The translations under genes and the position numbers were made by a program. 51,275 nt of DNA from Minisyncoccota bacterium (GTDB taxonomy: Bacteria; Patescibacteriota; Minisyncoccia; Minisyncoccales; JAQTVQ01), in the NCBI GenBank assembly GCA_041657385.1, contig JBBABZ010000005.1, forward strand, positions 1 through 51,275. Direction: 5' to 3'. The notes below the pieces were generated by a model. The model was not told the origin of the DNA. It ran no database searches and saw nothing but the letters and a program-made list of their open reading frames with translations. Of the stretch, positions 17,366-25,494 are shown in pieces. Position 1 is the first letter of the stretch; the number at the start of each line of letters is the position of its first letter.

Positions 17366-18781
17366 ATGAGATTTTCCCGCAAAAGCATAATTCTATCGGG
17401 CTTGGCCGTATTTTTTGCGGTCAGTTTGTTGATAGCCGGCGTTTCTTTGGCTGCCGGCAAGAACGAAATCATCGGCTGGGCCTGGTCTGACACTGCCGGC
17501 AATATCAGTTTTAACTCCAAAAATTGCGATACGGATGATAACGGAGTAATAGATAATACAGCTTGCGGCAATGTGGGTTCGAGTGTTACGCCTTATGAAG
17601 TTGCAATTGCGTCGAACGGCTACTTGGAAGGTTATGCCTGGTCCGACACAGTCGGCACGATCAGTTTCAACCGTGCTGAAACCGGCAATCCGCCAAGCGA
17701 CGACGCTTGTGTTCTTAGCAGCTGCATTGCAAAAGTGGACTCGACCAACAAGGTTGTTGGTTGGGCCAGAGCGATTTCTGCTTGCAATTGGGATGGGAGC
17801 AGATGCGTCGGCTCGGGAGCTGGTTCTAATACCGGCGGCTGGGATGGCTGGATTCGTTTCTCTTGTCCGAAGGTTAATAAAGCAGGGACTAGCTGTCCTT
17901 TTAATTCTTATTCAGTCACCTTAAACACTATTCCTAACGCTAGAGGGTTTAGAGAATTCTTGGGCTGGGCTTGGGGAGGAAAAGAAGTAGCCGGTTCCAT
18001 CAGCTTTAATCATAAAAATTGCGATGCTAATGAGGACGGCCAATCAGATGGCTCGGAGGCAAGAGGAACCGAAAATTGTCCTGCGCTAGGAACACCGATT
18101 GCCGAGTATCAGGTGGAAAAAGGAGATCCGATAATTTCCCTTCCTACGGCCCAATTTTCCTGTGATCCGTATTCTTGCGGCATAGATGATTCTGATCCTT
18201 GCAAATGCTACAGCAATTCATTAGCCTTTTTAAAATTAACAAATGAGTCCGAAGTAGTATCAGAAATAACTCAATCTGATTGGTCTGTTGACGGCGTCCT
18301 TGCGAGTTCCAATCAATATGGAAATTATTCTTTAAAATTGTCTCCCGGGACTTATAATGTAGGGTTGGCGGTCACTAATTCGAAAGGAACAGCAACAACC
18401 AGCAAGATGGTTACTTTTATAAAAGGGATGGAGGCTGATTTTTCTTGCAAAACATCAGAAGGGGCTTGGGTTAATTGTTCTAATCTGAATTTGAAGGTGG
18501 ACCAAGGCACAGTAATTTATTTAAGAGACGATTCATCCGTTCCCTTTTATTCTACGGCTTCGCAAGGAGGAACGATCAACAGCCGGGTTTGGACCAATAA
18601 TGGTTCAGCTGATGGTTTTTCAAATCAGGGCGGATCGTTCACCACCACCACTTTGAAAGCTTTTTCGACTAAAATAGGGCTGACAATCACTGATAGTAAT
18701 AGCGCTGGCAGGACTATGTTCAAGGAATATAATATTTCTCCGCGGCCGTTGCCGAGATGGAAAGAGTCCATGCCTTTCTAA
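17366..18781 (+). CDS. Hypothetical secreted protein with repeated GWAWS..G.ISFN modules
   Basis: Signal/TM N-terminus. Modules IIGWAWSDTAGNISFNSKNCD, LEGYAWSDTVGTISFNRAE and FLGWAWGGKEVAGSISFNHKNCD, plus a degenerate VVGWARAIS copy. Cys-rich, with a beta-rich C-terminal half. Confidence 0.6.
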   Translation: MRFSRKSIILSGLAVFFAVSLLIAGVSLAAGKNEIIGWAWSDTAGNISFNSKNCDTDDNGVIDNTACGNVGSSVTPYEVAIASNGYLEGYAWSDTVGTISFNRAETGNPPSDDACVLSSCIAKVDSTNKVVGWARAISACNWDGSRCVGSGAGSNTGGWDGWIRFSCPKVNKAGTSCPFNSYSVTLNTIPNARGFREFLGWAWGGKEVAGSISFNHKNCDANEDGQSDGSEARGTENCPALGTPIAEYQVEKGDPIISLPTAQFSCDPYSCGIDDSDPCKCYSNSLAFLKLTNESEVVSEITQSDWSVDGVLASSNQYGNYSLKLSPGTYNVGLAVTNSKGTATTSKMVTFIKGMEADFSCKTSEGAWVNCSNLNLKVDQGTVIYLRDDSSVPFYSTASQGGTINSRVWTNNGSADGFSNQGGSFTTTTLKAFSTKIGLTITDSNSAGRTMFKEYNISPRPLPRWKESMPF

Positions 18782-18803
18782 AGCTTGTTTGAAATAATTT
18801 CGC

Positions 18804-18830
18804 AAAAAAGGCGATAAGCCTTTTTTGTTT
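18804..18830 (+). terminator. Intrinsic terminator after the secreted-protein pair
   Basis: AAAAAAGGC-GATAA-GCCTTTTTTGTTT. Confidence 0.65.
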
Positions 18831-18936
18831 TAACCGGTATGAAGTTCTGAAACCATAATTATATTCGGCGGATTGGACAAAAATCGTAAAAAATGTATAA
18901 TAAATGGAGTTTTAAACCGTTAAATTTTAATTCATT

Positions 18937-19221
18937 ATGAGCGTCCCAAAGTGGAATCAAACATCATCCAAAAGAGATCAGAGAAGAGCGAACATCAAAA
19001 TAGTCCCTCCAATATTGAATAAATGTTCGAAATGCGGAAAATCGGTCCGGCCCCATACAGCTTGCGGTTTTTGCGGTTTTTATAAAGGCAAAGAAGTGGT
19101 CAATGTAATGGCCAGACTGGAGCGCAAGGAAAAAAAGAACCGTGAAAAGGAGATCAAAGCTAAGGAAATGGAAGAAAAAGCTTCAAAGCCTCTTGCGGCG
19201 GATGATCTATCTAAAAAATAA
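18937..19221 (+). CDS. rpmF: 50S ribosomal protein L32 (with Lys/Glu-rich C-terminal extension)
   Basis: MSVPKWNQTSSKRDQRRA...CSKCGKSVRPHTACGFCGFYKGKEV is the L32 zinc-ribbon pattern. Confidence 0.85.
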   Translation: MSVPKWNQTSSKRDQRRANIKIVPPILNKCSKCGKSVRPHTACGFCGFYKGKEVVNVMARLERKEKKNREKEIKAKEMEEKASKPLAADDLSKK

Positions 19222-19239
19222 TATATTTTTCTCTAAAAA

Positions 19240-19701
19240 ATGTCAGCTCGCCATCTATCTCGTTCAATAGCCATGCAGAGCCTTTACGAATGGGATTTTT
19301 ACGACCCGAAAGGCAAAGATATCAATGAAGTGGTAGAAAAAAATATCTTGGAATTCGGCGCCGGATTGGGAGAAGACCAATTCACCCGGAATTTAGTAAA
19401 GGGCGTAATGGAAAATAAAGAAGCCCTTGACCAGATCATCGTCAAAACAGCGCCCGAATGGCCCCTTGAGCAGATCAATATTTTAGATAGAAATATTTTA
19501 AGGATCGGCCTTTATGAATTGATCTATGGAAACAAAGAAGAAGTTCCTCCCAAAGTCGCCATTAACGAATCGATCGAGCTGGCTAAAAATTTTGGCGGAG
19601 AAAGCTCCAGAAAATTTATAAATGGGGTTTTGGGCACAGTCTACAAAGAAATGGATCCTTCGGCAGAATCGGAATTGCCGGATTCGGAAGAAGAAAAATA
19701 A
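19240..19701 (+). CDS. nusB: Transcription antitermination factor NusB
   Basis: [14 protein letters not shown]...ILRIGLYEL...[29 protein letters not shown]. Confidence 0.85.
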   Translation: MSARHLSRSIAMQSLYEWDFYDPKGKDINEVVEKNILEFGAGLGEDQFTRNLVKGVMENKEALDQIIVKTAPEWPLEQINILDRNILRIGLYELIYGNKEEVPPKVAINESIELAKNFGGESSRKFINGVLGTVYKEMDPSAESELPDSEEEK

Positions 19702-19770
19702 AAGCTTTTAAGCCTTCCAATATCTCAACATTTTTTGCTGAAATGTTAGAATGCTTAAAAGCCTAAAAAT

Positions 19771-20469
19771 GTGAAGGATTTTTCACTGTTTGAAAAAAAG
19801 TTAAAAATAAAGTTCAAAAATAAAGATTTGCTGGTTCAGGCTTTTTGCCACCGTTCTTATTTGAATGAAAATTCCGGTTTCAGATTAGCCCATAATGAGC
19901 GGCTGGAATTTTTAGGCGATGCCGTTTTGGAACTGGTAGTCACGGAGTATCTTTATATAAAATATCCGGACAAGCCGGAAGGAGAGCTGACCAGCTGGCG
20001 GGCGGCCCTCGTCAATGCCGTTATTTTGGCGGATTTGGCAAAAGAGCTTGGTTTTAATGATTTCTTATTGTTAAGCCAAGGGGAAGCCAAAGATCAAAAT
20101 AAGGCCAGACAATATATCCTGGCTAACGCTTTTGAAGCAATGATCGGCTCTTTATATCTTGATCAAGGTTACGAATCTTGCCAAGGATTTATCGAAAGAA
20201 ATTTGATCTTCAAGAAGCTTCCGACGATCTTGGAAAAAAAGCTTTTCAGGGACGCCAAATCTCTTTTCCAGGAAAAGGCCCAGGAGATCGTGAATATCAC
20301 ACCGAGTTATTCTGTCTTAGAAGAAAAAGGGCCGGATCATTTGAAGCATTTCGTGATGGGAGTATTTTTGGATAAGGAAATGGCGGCTAAGGGAGAGGGA
20401 ACATCGAAACAAGAAGCGGAGGTTCAAGCAGCCAGGAACGCATTGGAAGCGAAAAAATGGATAGACTAA
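19771..20469 (+). CDS. rnc: Ribonuclease III
   Basis: GTG start. LLVQAFCHRSY...NERLEFLGDAVLELVVTEYLY is the RNase III signature, with a C-terminal dsRBD (GPDHLKHF...GEGTSKQEAEVQAA). Confidence 0.9.
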   Translation: MKDFSLFEKKLKIKFKNKDLLVQAFCHRSYLNENSGFRLAHNERLEFLGDAVLELVVTEYLYIKYPDKPEGELTSWRAALVNAVILADLAKELGFNDFLLLSQGEAKDQNKARQYILANAFEAMIGSLYLDQGYESCQGFIERNLIFKKLPTILEKKLFRDAKSLFQEKAQEIVNITPSYSVLEEKGPDHLKHFVMGVFLDKEMAAKGEGTSKQEAEVQAARNALEAKKWID

Positions 20470-20525
20470 AATATCAATATCAACTATTATAAATAAATTA
20501 ATAAAAAAGAATTAAGCAAAAAATT

Positions 20526-20855
20526 ATGTTAATGATCAGGCTTTTCAGAACCGGTAAAAAGAACCAGCCATCTTTCAAGATAGTTGTCACGGAAAAAACC
20601 AATTCTTCCACAAGAGGCCGCTCCACCGAAGAAGTGGGATTTTATAATCCGGTCACTAAAGAAAAAGTTTTCAAGAAAGAGAGAATTGTCTATTGGATAA
20701 ACAAGGGCGCCCAGCCTTCAGACACTGTTTATAATATTTTGGTCGGAGAAAAGATCATCGAAGGAAAGAAAAAAACAGTTGTTTTGCCTAAAAAAGCGGA
20801 GCCTGTTGCAGGCAAAAATAAAGCTGCCGCTGGAGTGCCAGCAGCTAAAATTTAG
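20526..20855 (+). CDS. rpsP: 30S ribosomal protein S16
   Basis: MLMIRLFRTGKKNQPSFKIVV...YNP. The start could also be the Met two codons in (20532). Confidence 0.85.
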   Translation: MLMIRLFRTGKKNQPSFKIVVTEKTNSSTRGRSTEEVGFYNPVTKEKVFKKERIVYWINKGAQPSDTVYNILVGEKIIEGKKKTVVLPKKAEPVAGKNKAAAGVPAAKI

Positions 20856-20992
20856 TCTTTTAAAAATAAAATTGCTGGGGAAATTTTGGGTTGACAACCA
20901 ATTTCAGAAGTGCAAAAATTAGAATGTATTCAAAGAAAGGTCGAGTTAACAGAATTATTCATTAAGAATTCTAAGATAAAATTCATTAAGAT

Positions 20993-21319
20993 ATGGACAC
21001 ATACAAAGATTTAGATTTTTTATTATATATTGTCAAAGCTTTAGTTGATCATCCAGAAGACGTGAAAGTTGAAAGGAAAGTCGATGAAATGGGAGTATTG
21101 CTCTCTGTGAGAGTACACGCCGAAGATATGGGCCAAATCGTTGGCCGCCAAGGCGCTACAGCCCGCTCCATTAGAAGCCTTGTCAGAATCGTTGGCTTGA
21201 AAAATCACGCCAGAGTCAATTTAAAGATCGAAGAACCAGAAGGAGGTTCAAGAAGGAGAGAAGAAGAAAGACCGGCAGTGGAAAATCCCGCTGAAGGATT
21301 GGATGATATCCAGCTTTAA
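20993..21319 (+). CDS. KH-domain RNA-binding protein (YlqC/UPF0109 type)
   Basis: ALVDHPEDVKV...LSVRVHAEDMGQIVGRQGATARSIRSLV. It sits in the conserved rpsP-KH-trmD position. Confidence 0.8.
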   Translation: MDTYKDLDFLLYIVKALVDHPEDVKVERKVDEMGVLLSVRVHAEDMGQIVGRQGATARSIRSLVRIVGLKNHARVNLKIEEPEGGSRRREEERPAVENPAEGLDDIQL

Positions 21320-21342
21320 AGGTATATCTCTCTAATAATTCG

Positions 21343-21380
21343 CATCGGCGGCGGCATTAAGCCGCCGCCGATGTTTTATT
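21343..21380 (+). terminator. Intrinsic terminator
   Basis: CATCGGCGGCGGC-ATTAA-GCCGCCGCCGATG followed by TTTTATT. Confidence 0.8.
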
Positions 21381-21431
21381 CAAGGGATATTTATTTCTTA
21401 AAAATATCATTGCTGTTTCAGCTGGTATAAT

Positions 21432-22199
21432 ATGAAATTTGATATTCTTACAATTTTTCCAAATATCTTTGACTCTTATTTGGGTGAATCTTTTATAAAG
21501 AAAGCCCAAGAGGAAAAAATTTTGGAAATAAATTTACGCGATATCAGGCAGTTTGCCGATGATGTCCGCAAAAGCGTTGACGACCGGCCTTATGGCGGGG
21601 GATTAGGCATGGTTTTGAAGATAGAACCGATAATTAAAACATTGGGCAGTTTTTTAAAGCTCGAGCTTAAAGGATCAAAGGTCAAAATCGCCGATTCGGC
21701 TAAAAAAAGTGAAGTTTTGAGCTTGTCGAGGGGTAAAACGAAAATAATTCTCTTTACTCCGCGCGGCAAGCAATTTGATCAAAAAATGGCTTATCGTTTC
21801 TCCAAATTAGACAGGCTGGTTATGATCTGCGGCCGTTATGAGGGGGTAGACGAGCGTGTGGCTAAGAATATAGCCGATATGGAAATTTCCGTGGGCCCTT
21901 ACGACTTAATGGGCGGAGAATTGCCAGCTATGATCGTGATGGAATCCATTGCCCGCCTTATTCCTGGAGTTTTAGGCAAGCCGGAATTTTTAAAGGAAAG
22001 AATTTCCAAAGGAAAAGGATTTATTGAAGGGCCGCAATATACCAGGCCTGAGTTTTTTTATCCAGGCCAATTTGTAAAAAGCGGCGGCAAGCTTTCGCCG
22101 GAAAGCAAGCCTTGGCGCGTGCCTAAAGCTTTGCTTTCGGGCAATCATAAGGAAATTGCCAAGTGGAGAGAGGTCCGTCAAAAGGATATATTGCAATAG
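21432..22199 (+). CDS. trmD: tRNA (guanine37-N1)-methyltransferase
   Basis: MKFDILTIFPNIFDSYL...VDDRPYGGGLGMV...ICGRYEGVDERV...GGELPAMIV. Confidence 0.9.
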   Translation: MKFDILTIFPNIFDSYLGESFIKKAQEEKILEINLRDIRQFADDVRKSVDDRPYGGGLGMVLKIEPIIKTLGSFLKLELKGSKVKIADSAKKSEVLSLSRGKTKIILFTPRGKQFDQKMAYRFSKLDRLVMICGRYEGVDERVAKNIADMEISVGPYDLMGGELPAMIVMESIARLIPGVLGKPEFLKERISKGKGFIEGPQYTRPEFFYPGQFVKSGGKLSPESKPWRVPKALLSGNHKEIAKWREVRQKDILQ

Positions 22200-22259
22200 A
22201 ATAGTTTTTGATATTGAAAAGCCTTTGTTTTTTTGCTAAGCTTTAAAAGTTAAACTCAT

Positions 22260-22342
22260 GGGTAGGTACCAAAGTAGTCAAATGGACCTGACTGTAAATC
22301 AGGTGGCTTACGCCTCCGGGGGTGCAAGTCCCTCCCTGCCCA
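22260..22342 (+). tRNA. tRNA-Tyr (GTA), class II with long variable arm
   Basis: Acceptor GGGTAGG/CCTGCCC. 3-bp D-stem. Anticodon arm CCTGA-CTGTAAA-TCAGG. Variable hairpin GGC-TTAC-GCC. T-arm GGGGG-TGCAAGT-CCCTC, with an unusual G at the position normally U55. No encoded CCA. Confidence 0.85.
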
Positions 22343-22360
22343 CCGCAGAATATTAAAATA

Positions 22361-22516
22361 ATTTTCGTTGCCCGCTTCGCTCGCTCCGGCGGCGAGCTCG
22401 CTAGATCCTCGGGGAAATTTGAGCTTCGGCTGAATTTTCCCGTCATCCGACGGCAAAATTTTCGTCTTTTGCGAAAGACGAAACCAAGCAATTTTGCCTG
22501 CGGACGCAACGAAAAT
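22361..22516 (+). ncRNA. Candidate structured RNA between tRNA-Tyr and tRNA-Thr (unclassified)
   Basis: Closing helix ATTTTCGTTGC(22361-71)/GCAACGAAAAT(22506-16), extended by CCGC/GCGG. Internal hairpins are GCTCGC-N7-GCGAGC, AGC-UUCG-GCU inside GGGAAATT/AATTTTCCC, CCGTC-ATCC-GACGG, and GGCAAAATT[TTCGTCT-N7-AGACGAA]N7-AATTTTGCC. No credible ORF. Confidence 0.4.
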
Positions 22517-22552
22517 CATTTTAATTTCTAAGAAAGGGTTTTGATAATTATG

Positions 22553-22628
22553 TCCGCCTTCGCTCCCGTGAGAGCTATGGCGAGACGAGGTCCGCCTTCG
22601 CTCCTGTTGGAGCTATGGCGAGACGAGG
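22553..22628 (+). repeat. Two tandem 38-bp GC-rich repeats abutting the 5' end of tRNA-Thr
   Basis: TCCGCCTTCGCTCCCGTGAGAGCTATGGCGAGACGAGG then TCCGCCTTCGCTCCTGTTGGAGCTATGGCGAGACGAGG. Each unit can fold (GCC..GCTCC-loop-GGAGC..GGC). The last G is nt 1 of the tRNA. Confidence 0.85.
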
Positions 22629-22699
22629 CCGGAGTAGTTCAGTGGTAAAACATCCCCTTGGTAAGGGGAAGAGCGCGAGTTCGATTCTCGCCTCCGGCT
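22628..22699 (+). tRNA. tRNA-Thr (GGT)
   Basis: Acceptor GCCGGAG/CTCCGGC. Anticodon arm TCCCC-TTGGTAA-GGGGA. T-arm GCGAG-TTCGATT-CTCGC. Confidence 0.9.
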
Positions 22700-22723
22700 C
22701 ATTAATTTGATAAAATAAAAAAT

Positions 22724-22885
22724 ATGGCAACAAAAAAGAAAACAATAGTTAAGCTTGTTTGCGGAATTTGCAAAAGCGCCAACTATTTTGGGCATAAATC
22801 TCCGAAAGCGGAAACCAAGATAGAGCTTAGCAAGCATTGCAAACATTGCAGAAAGCACACAGCTCACAAAGAATCCAAGAAATAA
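22724..22885 (+). CDS. rpmG: 50S ribosomal protein L33 (53 aa, below the ORF-track cutoff)
   Basis: My own translation: MATKKKTIVKLVCGICKSANYFGHKSPKAETKIELSKHCKHCRKHTAHKESKK. CxxC...CxxC zinc ribbon and the L33 layout. Classical tRNA-rpmG-tRNA-Trp context. Confidence 0.85.
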   Translation: MATKKKTIVKLVCGICKSANYFGHKSPKAETKIELSKHCKHCRKHTAHKESKK

Positions 22886-23014
22886 TTTTTTCGGGGAGGT
22901 CTTTCTTTGCCGTATGCGCGAATCTGCGGATTTATATTTTGAGTTAAGTTCAAAAGTTAAAAGTTTTTAAACCGCAGTTTTCAAACTTTTATTTTGGCTT
23001 TTGAACTTGCACAA

Positions 23015-23088
23015 AGGGGCGTAGTTTAGTGGCAGAATGATGCTCTCCAAAAGCATGGATGGGGGTTCGATTCCCTCCGCCCCTGCCA
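23015..23088 (+). tRNA. tRNA-Trp (CCA), CCA end encoded
   Basis: Acceptor AGGGGCG/CGCCCCT. Anticodon arm ATGCT-CTCCAAA-AGCAT. T-arm GGGGG-TTCGATT-CCCTC. Then G + CCA. Confidence 0.9.
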
Positions 23089-23096
23089 AGTACATT

Positions 23097-23136
23097 AAGA
23101 TGGAAGCCTTTTTAAGGTTGTTCCATCTTTTTTTTG
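23097..23136 (+). terminator. Intrinsic terminator after tRNA-Trp
   Basis: AAGATGGAA-N15-TTCCATCTT followed by TTTTTTT. Confidence 0.7.
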
Positions 23137-23298
23137 TTATAAATATTTTCACTGGAAAGGGTTGGTTTCTTCTGGCTGTAAAATTGGATTAATTGCGGGT
23201 ATTAGCTCTTGGTTTTATTTTTAAAAAAAGAGATAATGATAAGGGCGATAGTGTTGCAGGCAATAAATGGAAAATATTAAATTTTTAAAAATCGGTTA

Positions 23299-23982
23299 AT
23301 GCTGGTTGACTATTTAATAAAACAAAATTGGTTTCAAACTCCTAGGATCATTAAGGCTTTTCGAAGAATAAAGAGAGTTGATTTTTTGCCCGAGGAGTTT
23401 AAAGATTACGCCGAGCTTAACCAAGCTTTCCCTATAGGATGGGGCCAAAGCATTTCCCAGCCGTTAATGGTCGCTTTTATTTTTGAAAGGTTGCAGCCGG
23501 AAAACGGAGATAAGATTTTAGAAATAGGCTCCGGTTCGGGATGGGCCACTGCTTTGCTGGCAGAGATCATCAGTCAAAAAAATGAAAAATTCGGGGCGGA
23601 ACAAAAAAAAGGCGTTATCATCTCTTTGGATGCGATCCCGGAAATAAAAGAATTAGCCCAAAAAAATATCGCCAAATACGGTTTTATTGAAACAAAAATG
23701 GTTGAGTTATATTCCGCCGATGGATACAAGGGTTATCAAAAGATAGCTGAACGAACTGATCTAAGAGACGGCTTTGATAAAATTTTTTCAACTTCTTCCT
23801 TAAAAGAGCTTCCTCAAGCCTGGAAGGATCAGTTAAAAATTGGAGGAATAATAGTCGTTCCGATAGGGAGCTCTATCTGGCAGATAACTAAAACTGGAAA
23901 AAATAAATTTGAAGAAGTGGAATACCCGGATTTTGCTTTTGCACCGATGCTCGGCCAGCAACAGCAGCTGATTCGGGCGTAG
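23299..23982 (+). CDS. pcm: Protein-L-isoaspartate O-methyltransferase
   Basis: VDFLPEEF...AFPIGWGQSISQPLMVAFIFERL...ILEIGSGSGWATALLAEI. Confidence 0.8.
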   Translation: MLVDYLIKQNWFQTPRIIKAFRRIKRVDFLPEEFKDYAELNQAFPIGWGQSISQPLMVAFIFERLQPENGDKILEIGSGSGWATALLAEIISQKNEKFGAEQKKGVIISLDAIPEIKELAQKNIAKYGFIETKMVELYSADGYKGYQKIAERTDLRDGFDKIFSTSSLKELPQAWKDQLKIGGIIVVPIGSSIWQITKTGKNKFEEVEYPDFAFAPMLGQQQQLIRA

Positions 23983-24063
23983 AGATGAATCTGGTTAAAA
24001 GGCAATCTAGTAAATTTTTGGAGAGGGACGTAAAAATTCTTTAAGGAATTTTGTCCGTGGGGG

Positions 24064-24093
24064 TTGACAATTTACCGTATTTCTTGATATAGT
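24064..24093 (+). promoter_or_regulatory. Sigma70-like promoter of rplJL
   Basis: TTGACA (24064-69), 18-nt spacer, TATAGT (24088-93). Confidence 0.55.
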
Positions 24094-24205
24094 TAATTCA
24101 TAATAAATCAGTAGCCGCAGACAATGGGCATAAAAATAAGCCCCATTCAGGCAAAAAAAAGAAATTTTTTGTTTGTGAGTCTGCGCTAAGCAGATTTTTT
24201 GTTTT
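24094..24205 (+). promoter_or_regulatory. Candidate ribosomal-protein L10 leader with attenuator hairpin
   Basis: About 110-nt leader with hairpin AATGGGC-N10-GCCCCATT. A terminator-like hairpin TCTGC-GCTAA-GCAGA + TTTTTT (24180-24200) ends 5 nt before the rplJ ATG. The position matches known L10 leaders. The fold was not verified. Confidence 0.4.
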
Positions 24206-24727
24206 ATGCCAAAAACACTAGAGCAAAAAAAGCAGATATTAAGCAAATTAAAGGACAGCGTCGACAAACAAACTTCGATGATCTTTGTTGAAGTTTCTGG
24301 AGTTAAAACCAAGAAGATCAACTCGATTAAAGAAGATTTGAAAAAAGCTGACGCTAGAATGACTGTTGCCAAAAAAACTTTGCTCAATTTGGCCATAAAA
24401 GACGGTTATTCTCAAAATCCTTTAAAAGAGATAAAAAAGGAAATGGCCGTGATCTTTGGATTCGGCGATGAAGTGGTCCCTTCCAAATCGATTTATAAGT
24501 TTAGCCAAACCGAAAAAAACTTTAAAATCCTTGGCGGTTACATTCAAAGCGCCAAAGACAGATTTTTGTCGGAAATTGATGTTATTGCCTTGGCTAAATT
24601 GCCAACTAAGCATGAATTGATGGGCCAGACAGTCGGCACCATTGCCGCTCCGCTGACCGGGTTCTTGAATGCTTTGCAAGAGAATTTAAGAGGATTAGTT
24701 TGCGTGTTAAGCGGCATTAAAAAATAA
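24206..24727 (+). CDS. rplJ: 50S ribosomal protein L10
   Basis: KKQILSKLKDSVDKQTSMIFVEVSGVKTKKINSIKEDLKKADARMTVAKKTL. Followed by rplL. Confidence 0.9.
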   Translation: MPKTLEQKKQILSKLKDSVDKQTSMIFVEVSGVKTKKINSIKEDLKKADARMTVAKKTLLNLAIKDGYSQNPLKEIKKEMAVIFGFGDEVVPSKSIYKFSQTEKNFKILGGYIQSAKDRFLSEIDVIALAKLPTKHELMGQTVGTIAAPLTGFLNALQENLRGLVCVLSGIKK

Positions 24728-24811
24728 TAAATAATAGGATTTACTGAAGATTGAAGGTTTAAAGCATGAAATTGATTTCACGCTAGAAGCTTCAAGATTC
24801 TAAATAAAAAT

Positions 24812-25234
24812 ATGGCAGAAGAAATACAAAAAGAAACCGTAGAGGTTCCTGAGAAATTTAAAAAGTTAGTTGAATCCATTGAAACCCTTTCAGTTTTGGA
24901 TTTAGCTGAATTAGTCAAGGTTTTAGAGAAAAAATTTGGCGTATCCGCCGCTCCTCAAATGATGGCCGCCGCTCCAGCCGCTGGAGCCGGTGCCGGAGCC
25001 GATGTTGAAGAAAAATCAAGTTTTAATGTTATGCTGACCGCTGTCGGCGACAAAAAAATTGAAGTTATCAAAGTTGTAAGAGATGCGACTGGAAAAGGCT
25101 TGAAAGAAGCCAAGGATCTAGTTGACGCTGCTGCCGCCTCTGCCCAAATGGTTAAAGAAGGAGCCAAAAAAGAGGAAGCCGAGACTTTGAAGAAACTTTT
25201 GGAAACTGCCGGAGCGAAAGTAGAATTGAAATAA
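24812..25234 (+). CDS. rplL: 50S ribosomal protein L7/L12
   Basis: [22 protein letters not shown], an Ala/Gly hinge, then [24 protein letters not shown]...[18 protein letters not shown]. Confidence 0.95.
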   Translation: MAEEIQKETVEVPEKFKKLVESIETLSVLDLAELVKVLEKKFGVSAAPQMMAAAPAAGAGAGADVEEKSSFNVMLTAVGDKKIEVIKVVRDATGKGLKEAKDLVDAAAASAQMVKEGAKKEEAETLKKLLETAGAKVELK

Positions 25235-25253
25235 TTTTAATTTCACTTTTCTC

Positions 25254-25279
25254 AAAAAACCCGCTTTTGCGGGTTTTTT
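25254..25279 (+). terminator. Intrinsic terminator after rplL
   Basis: AAAAAACCCGC-TTTT-GCGGGTTTTTT. Confidence 0.85.
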
Positions 25280-25311
25280 GTTGCTCTAACAATTTTAATA
25301 TATATAGAAAG

Positions 25312-25448
25312 AGCAATAACCCCGTATCAATTTCGCCGTTGGATAGTCTCTATATCGAAATATTACATTAAGCCTTTATTCTATGAAGCGGCGCGCACTT
25401 AGCGCGCCGCTTTTGTTTAATTAGCGAAATTGGTACCGGGGTGTTGCT
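25312..25448 (+). repeat. 137-bp hairpin-in-hairpin element (25-bp imperfect inverted arms enclosing a strong terminator hairpin)
   Basis: The arms are 25312-25336 (AGCAATAACCCCGTATCAATTTCGC) and 25424-25448 (GCGAAATTGGTACCGGGGTGTTGCT). They match 21/25 as DNA, or 23/25 if G-U pairs are allowed. Inner hairpin AAGCGGCGCGC-ACTTA-GCGCGCCGCTT + TTGTTT at 25386-25418. Confidence 0.6.
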
Positions 25449-25494
25449 AATGTTTCGATAACGCGCGAGGTATATGCGGCGGGAGCGTTTAGAG

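Noticed and set aside
22243-22531. ORFs overlapping tRNA genes and their flanks (22243..22531 both strands, 22613..22867 -, 22967..23152 -, 27454..27699 +, 34044..34262 -).
   Set aside because: They run through well-formed tRNA cloverleaves or GC-rich repeat elements and have no SD or family signature. They are artefacts of stop-poor GC-rich spacers.
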